Part shown: positions 57,894 through 64,000 of the stretch, piece by piece
How positions within the stretch are numbered: position 1 is the first letter of the stretch
Layout of the letters: the number at the start of each line of letters is the position of its first letter
Assembly (NCBI RefSeq): GCF_009914755.1
Contig: NC_060936.1
Length of the DNA stretch: 64,000 bases
Reading direction: 5' to 3' (one strand)
Origin: the human T2T-CHM13v2.0 reference genome, Homo sapiens
Position numbers and translations under genes: made by a program
The notes under the pieces: model-generated
What the model was told of the DNA's origin: nothing
Databases searched by the model: none
What the model saw: the letters and a program-made list of their open reading frames with translations, nothing else

Positions 57894-58159
57894 ATGAGTA
57901 ATAGTTATATTAAAGAGTTTATGGGGTACCAAATAGGAAAAATAAGAAAAATCTCACACCTAGAGATGGGAAATTTAAGAACATCAAAGAGAAAATTCTG
58001 AAAGCTTCTAGATATAAAGAGTTGATTCACAAAATTAAATCAGATTGAAATTAAACTTCTCATTAGCAATACCGGAGGCAAAAAGACAATGGAGTAATAA
58101 TGCCAACATGTTAAAGGAAAATAACTTCAAACTATAATGTTTTATGTTTTCTAGTGGCT

Positions 58160-58370
58160 ACCATTTATTGAGTACCTGCTACATTCTAACTACTTTGCAC
58201 ACATCACCAATTGCCCTGGCAATGCTGCAGAGTAGATATCAGCATTCTTTCACTACAGATGAGAAAAGTGAGGCTCACGATGTTAAGCAACTTGCTCAAT
58301 GTAATACAGACAGTGGTAGAATGGGGATGAAAACCCAGATCTCTAATTCCAAAGTCTGTTTAAAGTATAG
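58160..58370 (-). mobile_element. MIR
   Basis: CATTTATTGAGTACCTGCT...ACAGATGAGAAAAGTGAGGCTCA...GTTAAGCAACTTGCTCAA. Confidence 0.75.
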
Positions 58371-58700
58371 TTTTATATTAGGTTAAACTATCTTTTCAAT
58401 GGAGAATCCCAATACAAATATTTTCGGTTATGACATGGTCTTAGAGTTTTGACACATAAAGACCATATTTGAAAATTTTCTTGGAAGAAGTGCCCAGGAA
58501 GAAGAGAAATAAATCCAAGAGGATGCTTAATTGATACAAGAAGTACAGGTTATAAATAATGTAGGAAAGCTTATTATGATCCAAACAAGAAAGGTCTCCT
58601 CATAAAGAAGCAGAAGTGTATTATTATAATTCAGAACTAAACTATAGTATATACCAACATGGCCACAGATGGGAGGTAGGGTACAGCAACTACAGGGAGA

Positions 58701-59448
58701 GTATTATGAATTGAATATTCGTGTTCCCCATCCCCCTAAATTTGTTTGTTGAAACTTAATTCTCAATGTGATGGTGTTTGGAGGAGGGGCTTTTTAGAGA
58801 TAATTAGTTTGTAAGGATAGAGCCCTCAAGAATGGGATTAGTGCCTTTATAAGAAGAGGCCAGGCCAGGCGTGGTGGCCCACGCCCGTAATCCCAGCACT
58901 TTGGGAGGCCGAGGCGGGTGGATCACCTGAGGTCAGGAGTTCGAGACCAGCCTGGCCAACATGGCGAACACTCGTCTCTACTAAAAATACAAAAATTAGC
59001 TGGGCGTGGTGGTGGGCGCTTGTAATCCCAGTTACTCGGGAGGCTGAGGCAGGAGAATTGCTTGAACCCAAGAGGTGGAGATTGCAGTGAGTCAAGATCA
59101 CGCTACTGCACACCAGCCTGGGTGACAGAGTAAGACTCTGTCTCAAAAAGAAAAAAAAAAAAAGAAGAGGAGGAGGAAGAGGAAGAAGAAGAATAAAAAA
59201 AGAAGAAGAAGAAGAAGAAGAAGAAGAAAAGAAGAAGAAGAAGCCAGAGAGCTAGCTCACTCTCCCATGTGAAGATACAAGGGGAAGTGGGCAGTCTGCA
59301 AATGGAAGAGGCCCTCACCAGAACCCAACCCTGCCAGCACCGTGATCTCAGATTTCCAGCTACCAGAACTGTAAGAAATAAACTTCTGTTTTTTATAAGC
59401 CACCCAGTCTGTGGTACTTTGTTATAAAAGCCCAAACAGACTAAGACA
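58701..59448 (+). mobile_element. MLT1A0-like LTR split by an Alu
   Basis: ATGGGATTAGTGCCTTTATAAGAAGAGG [Alu] CCAGAGAGCTAGC...CCCAAACAGACTAAGACA. Confidence 0.85.
58863..59243 (+). mobile_element. AluSx with (GAA/GAG)n tail
   Basis: Full dimer; TSD AAGAAGAGGCCAG/AAGAAGAAGCCAG; purine-rich tail 59145-59243. Confidence 0.95.
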
Positions 59449-60191
59449 GGGAGTGTGATAAAAATACTTTTTCCTTTTGCAGGAAAATATTCTGAAGTAT
59501 TAGATATTTAGTATACTGATAGGGACAAATGGACATGAATATGGGCCTTACTAAGATAGAGGCATCTGCCAGAGAATCCAAACAAAATTCTTAAAATTTT
59601 CTTCAGTAGAAGAAATTTTGATTTCCTGAATAGGAGATAGAAAAGCAGGGGAAAAGGTATAAATAAGTGAATAGAAAATATGAAATGAGATAGCAGGAAT
59701 ATCTTATAATATATTAAAATACAATAATATATTGTCTATAAGACAGAAATTTTAAAGAAATGAAAATATTTGCTAGGTAAATATGAACTAGAAATGATTT
59801 TAATATCAGGCCAAAGTCATAAAGAATGAAGAGAGACATTATACATGGCAAAAAAGGTAAACAGATAAAAAGATATAATAAACACACACACACACACACA
59901 CACACATATATTTAACAATATAGGTTCAAAATATACAAAGCAATGACAGATATATGAGGTGAGATAAATGGCTTAATAATCATGATTGGAATTTTAATTC
60001 ACTTTTCTTAGAAAACAATAAATCAAAGAGATAACAAAACTTTGTAGAACGTTTGAATAGTATAATTAATTTGCTTAAACCTATACATAAAATGTATTAC
60101 TGGATATAAAGTTTTATAGATGTCATATATTATTTATATACTGTAAATCTATATGTCAACATAGATTTCTTCAATAGCAGGAAATATACAC

Positions 60192-60559
60192 TTTTTTTTG
60201 GAGACAGAGTCTCACTGTTGTCTAGGCTGGAGTGCAGTGCTGCTCTCTCAGCTCACTGCACTCTCCAATTCAACCAGTTCTCATGCTGGAAAGAGCAGGA
60301 GGAAATGCTTGCGGGGCAGCAAGTCATTCTTTATCTGCTGTTATTCAACCTCCAGTTCAACCAATTCTCATGCTTCAGTCTCCCGAGTATCTGGGATTGC
60401 AGGTGTGCACCACCACACCCAGCTAATTTTTGTATTTTTATTAGAGACCAGGATTCATCATGTTGACCAGGCTGGTCTTGAACTCCCAACCTCAGGTGAT
60501 TCACCCCCGTAAGCCTTCCAAAGTGCTGGGATTACGGGTGTGAGCCACTGTGCCTGGCT
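60192..60559 (-). mobile_element. Alu (S/J) carrying a 59-bp foreign insertion
   Basis: Dimer with TSD AGGAAATATACAC (60179-60191/60561-60573). Confidence 0.92.
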
Positions 60560-60718
60560 TAGGAAATATACACATTTAAAAAGAATGCAAGAAACATACA
60601 CAAAAACTGTGACTTGTAAAGGAAGTTCTAATAAATTCTAAAGAATCAAGATCATGCTGACCATATCTTCAGTCTACCAGCCAATAATAAAATGATAACT
60701 TTAAAATCTCCTAAAGCT

Positions 60719-60847
60719 GGGCCAGGTGTGGTAGCTCACACCTGTAATCCTAGCACTTTGGGAGGTAGAGATGGGAGGATTGCTGAAGCCCAGGAGTTCA
60801 AGACCAGCCTGGACAACATAGCGAGACTCCATCTCTTTAAAAAAAAC
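60719..60847 (+). mobile_element. FLAM_C monomer
   Basis: GGCCAGGTGTGGTAGCTCAC...GGGAGGATTGCTGAAGCCCAGGAGTTCAAGACC...CTCCATCTC. Confidence 0.88.
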
Positions 60848-61571
60848 AATCACTTAATCACTTAATTCTAGAAACCAGTATTGCTATAAAAACCATTATA
60901 GTAAACATAAAATATTAAGTAAATTTAAAAAGAATGGGAGAATAGTGAAAAATTACATGATATAATGTGTATAACAGTTAAAGTACTTATACTGTTTTTA
61001 CACTGAGCTAAACACTCAGCTCAAGAAGTTCAAAAGATACTAATATAAAAGGCCCAAAGGAAAAAGAATAAAAAGCATAATGACAGAAATCAATGAAATA
61101 GATGACAATAAATAGACAGTAATAGAACTCAAAAAGTTTTTCTATGAAAAGATACATAAGTCTTTGGCAAGACTAATCAAGAAAATTAAAGTGAAAGTGC
61201 AAATAAATAAATAAAAATGAAGACATTGTTCTAGATATGGGATTTAAAAAATGTGAGTATATGCCAATAAATTTGATGACAATGTAGATACATTTCTGAA
61301 AAAATATAAGATGACAAAAATGAAATAACAAGAAAAAGTAAATAACTGGAAAATTGAAATGGAAATCATGTATCTTCTCTCTCAAAATCCTCTGGCTCAG
61401 ACAATTTTTCAGATAAGTTTTATCAAAATTTTAAGTATCTGATAATCTCTCTCTTATTGCTCCATAACAGAAAACAATTTAGAGCTGCCATGCTTCCTTT
61501 ACATAACTAGAATAACCTTAATCTCAAAACTGCATAGTGAAGTACTCTCACTCACTACATATAGAGATATG

Positions 61572-61702
61572 GTGTGTGTGTATATGTGTGTGTGTGTGTG
61601 TATATGTATATATATACACGGTGTATGTATGTGTGTATATATATATATACATAGTTTTATATATATATGTGTATGTGTGTATGTGTATATATATACACAC
61701 AC
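61572..61702 (+). repeat. Compound (TG)n/(TA)n microsatellite
   Basis: Alternating purine-pyrimidine tract of about 130 bp. Confidence 0.9.
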
Positions 61703-63004
61703 CCATTTAGTGTATGCACATAGATGTAAAAATCCTAAATAATATACTAGCTAGTTGAATCTAATGATTCATTATTAATATTTTATCCCAGGAATGCCAG
61801 GATGATTTAGCAACAGAAAAACAATCAGCATAATTTACCAGCTATATGAAACAAAGAAGAAAAATTTTATCTTAATAGATGCAGAAAAAGCATTTAACTA
61901 TGTTCAGTATCAATATGTAATTTTTAGAAATCTTATAAACCAGTAATGGAAGATATTTTCTTAGCTTTATGAGTAATATATACTGAAAACCTTTAAAAAT
62001 ATTATTTATAGAGGAGAAAATTTAGCTACATGTCCATTAAGGTCAAGAACAAGACAAAGATAACCAGTATCACTACAACTGTGTAACATGTTTTTGGAAG
62101 TCATGTTTAATGTGATAAGACAACAAAAATGTATGCTATATAAGATTTGAAAGGAAATTATTATTTGCATATGATACGATGATCTTCATAGAAAATCCAA
62201 CAGGACCAACAAAAAATGCTACTAGAAATAATGCTAATAACAATTCAGCAAATTTACCAGATAAAAGATCTAAGGGAAAATCAGTAGTGTTTCTCTACCT
62301 TAGCAAAAATCAACTAAAAATGTTACAGAATATAAGATAACATACACATCACAACAAAGTCTATGCTATATCTAGGAATCAAACTCTCAAGAATACATAA
62401 TAATTTAGTATAAATAATTTTGTAATCTTATTAAAGACATGGAACAGTACATGGAACAATATTTCATAATTGGTGGATGAGAGAATTTATCAAAGTAAAG
62501 GTGTCAATTCTCCCCCAGTTAATCTACAAACTTAATGCTAGACTCTGACTGAATTTTTGAGAAACTTGCGAAACACATCCTAAGATGTATAATAAAGTTA
62601 ACAAATGGCTACATCAAATTTAAAAAAGAAGAACAAAATGAAGATTCCTGCCCTATGAAAGATTTGAGAAATACCAGAAGAAATATAGGTGTGATTCAAT
62701 AGGTGTGAGGACTAAAAAGAAAGTTGTTTGAAAAAGATGAGAAGTCTAAAACATGAAAGTTAGGTAATGCAATGTCAGGTAAAAATCAATGAGGGAGGAA
62801 AGGAGTGTCTTAAATCCAAAGTAGCATAAGAGCGCCTAAATGCTCCAAGTTTTAAAGAACTTATGCAAGTGAAAAAACAAAAAAATAATGTTGGCTGGCA
62901 AGAACCTATGAGAAGAAACAGAATAGCCTGTCACCCGATGTGGTGACATCCTCTCCCTGGAGAGCTTTTTAGTTTGGGAGGAATGCTGGACTACATTACT
63001 TTAG

Positions 63005-63475
63005 TGTCAGTCAGAATACCGCAGGAGTAGATGGTATGCTCAACTAGATAAAGGAGAAGAGATTAATAAGGAAACTCTCACAACCATTTAGGAAAGGAGC
63101 AGGAAAGGTGTAGGACCTCAAAGTTAGCAATAGCAGCAGGCTGTTATTATTCCTAGGTCTAGAGAGGCAAGGGATGGAATGAACACTAAGCCCAGAGGGA
63201 GATGGTATGGAAAAGACTGCTTGGCAGGAAATGTGGCCTTTTCTAAAGGGCTGAACAGCACAACGACCCAGCAATGAGGAATCCAGGGAAATCAACACCC
63301 CATTTCATTTTCCTCCCTTCCTCTTATCTCCTGCTGGCGACTCCCATTGACCAAATCACACTGGAAGCCAGAAGGCAAGGAAATCTGTGGACATGGCTTG
63401 GAGTGTCAGCCTCCTGTGGAGCAGATAAGGATGGCGGATAGATCTGGAGGGGAAAAAATGGAACATAATTCCCCT
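63005..63475 (-). mobile_element. LTR33-like ERVL LTR
   Basis: CTCCCATTGACCAAATCACACTGGAAGCCAGAAGGCAAGG...GTCAGCCTCC...AGATCTGGAGGGG matches the recalled LTR33. Confidence 0.7.
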
Positions 63476-64000
63476 TCAACTCAGACGTTCCACTACTTCA
63501 TGATACTATTTAGTATCACCCGTTCTCAACCTGGCAAAGCAGATCAGGCCATAGTAAACATGAAGCTGCAACAGCTCTGTAGCTGTAATTACTTCCTAAT
63601 TTCCCCTTTCAACATGGACATACCTTGTTTTCTTTCACTCTCCTGCCTGCAATCTTCACTGCTTTGACTTCACTCCCTGTCAGAGAGCTACTTTCCCTGA
63701 TCTATTTGCATGAAGATTCTTCCTCCTGGCTCAGATCTTGGCAGAGCTGCACTCTGCTAATGGATCCCTCTTAGCCTAACTTGCATGTTTTAGAACTTCT
63801 CATTTCTTTCAAACAATTTTCCCTTTAGTCCTTATGCCTATTGAATCACATTTATCATTCTTCTGACATTTCTCAAATCTGCTTTTCTCAAGTATGCTGT
63901 ACTGAGAAAGGAAAAAGCAGCTCGGAATTGACCTGGCACTCTCAGCTAGGCCACAGTGTTCTCTTGTGAAATGTAAACAACCCTAGAGAACAGTAACATT

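Larger units (their letters stand above)
56450..62660 (+). mobile_element. Ancient L1M (ORF1 to ORF2) scaffold, heavily fragmented by later insertions
   Basis: A-rich sense L1 motifs: CAAAGAGAAAATTCTGAAAGCTTC, ATAGATGCAGAAAAAGCATTTAA, TTATTTGCATATGATACGAT (FADD-like), GTCAATTCTCCCCCAGTTAATCTACAAA. Confidence 0.7.

Overview
This is human (primate) non-coding genomic DNA, AT-rich and dominated by interspersed repeats. The AluYa5 and pre-Ta L1HS copies indicate a human source. I found no host protein-coding exon, RNA gene or CRISPR array; most ORFs in the track are repeat-derived or chance. Recognisable content: a full-length processed RPS27 pseudogene (25683-26014) inside a MER5; solo ERV LTRs (MER41B, LTR6, MER93-like, several MLT1/MST, LTR33); a decayed ERVL gag/pol remnant; DNA transposons (Tigger3, MER2, MER1A, MER5A, MER63, MER20B-like); about 17 Alu/FLAM copies; and L1, L2 and MIR fragments. 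The most unusual signal is a recurring set of locally templated insertion or template-switch scars. Short tracts were copied from 1-4.5 kb away, or from a few bases away in inverted orientation, at 29930-30030, 35175-35220, 53181-53222, 56277-56315 and 60287-60345. Also notable are a 5'-inverted (twin-primed) Alu, a young 5x48-bp VNTR that multiplies the TATA region of an old LTR, and LTR-borne STAT/IRF/NF-kB motifs. Repeat family names come from my recollection of consensus sequences, not a database search. Boundaries of old elements are approximate.
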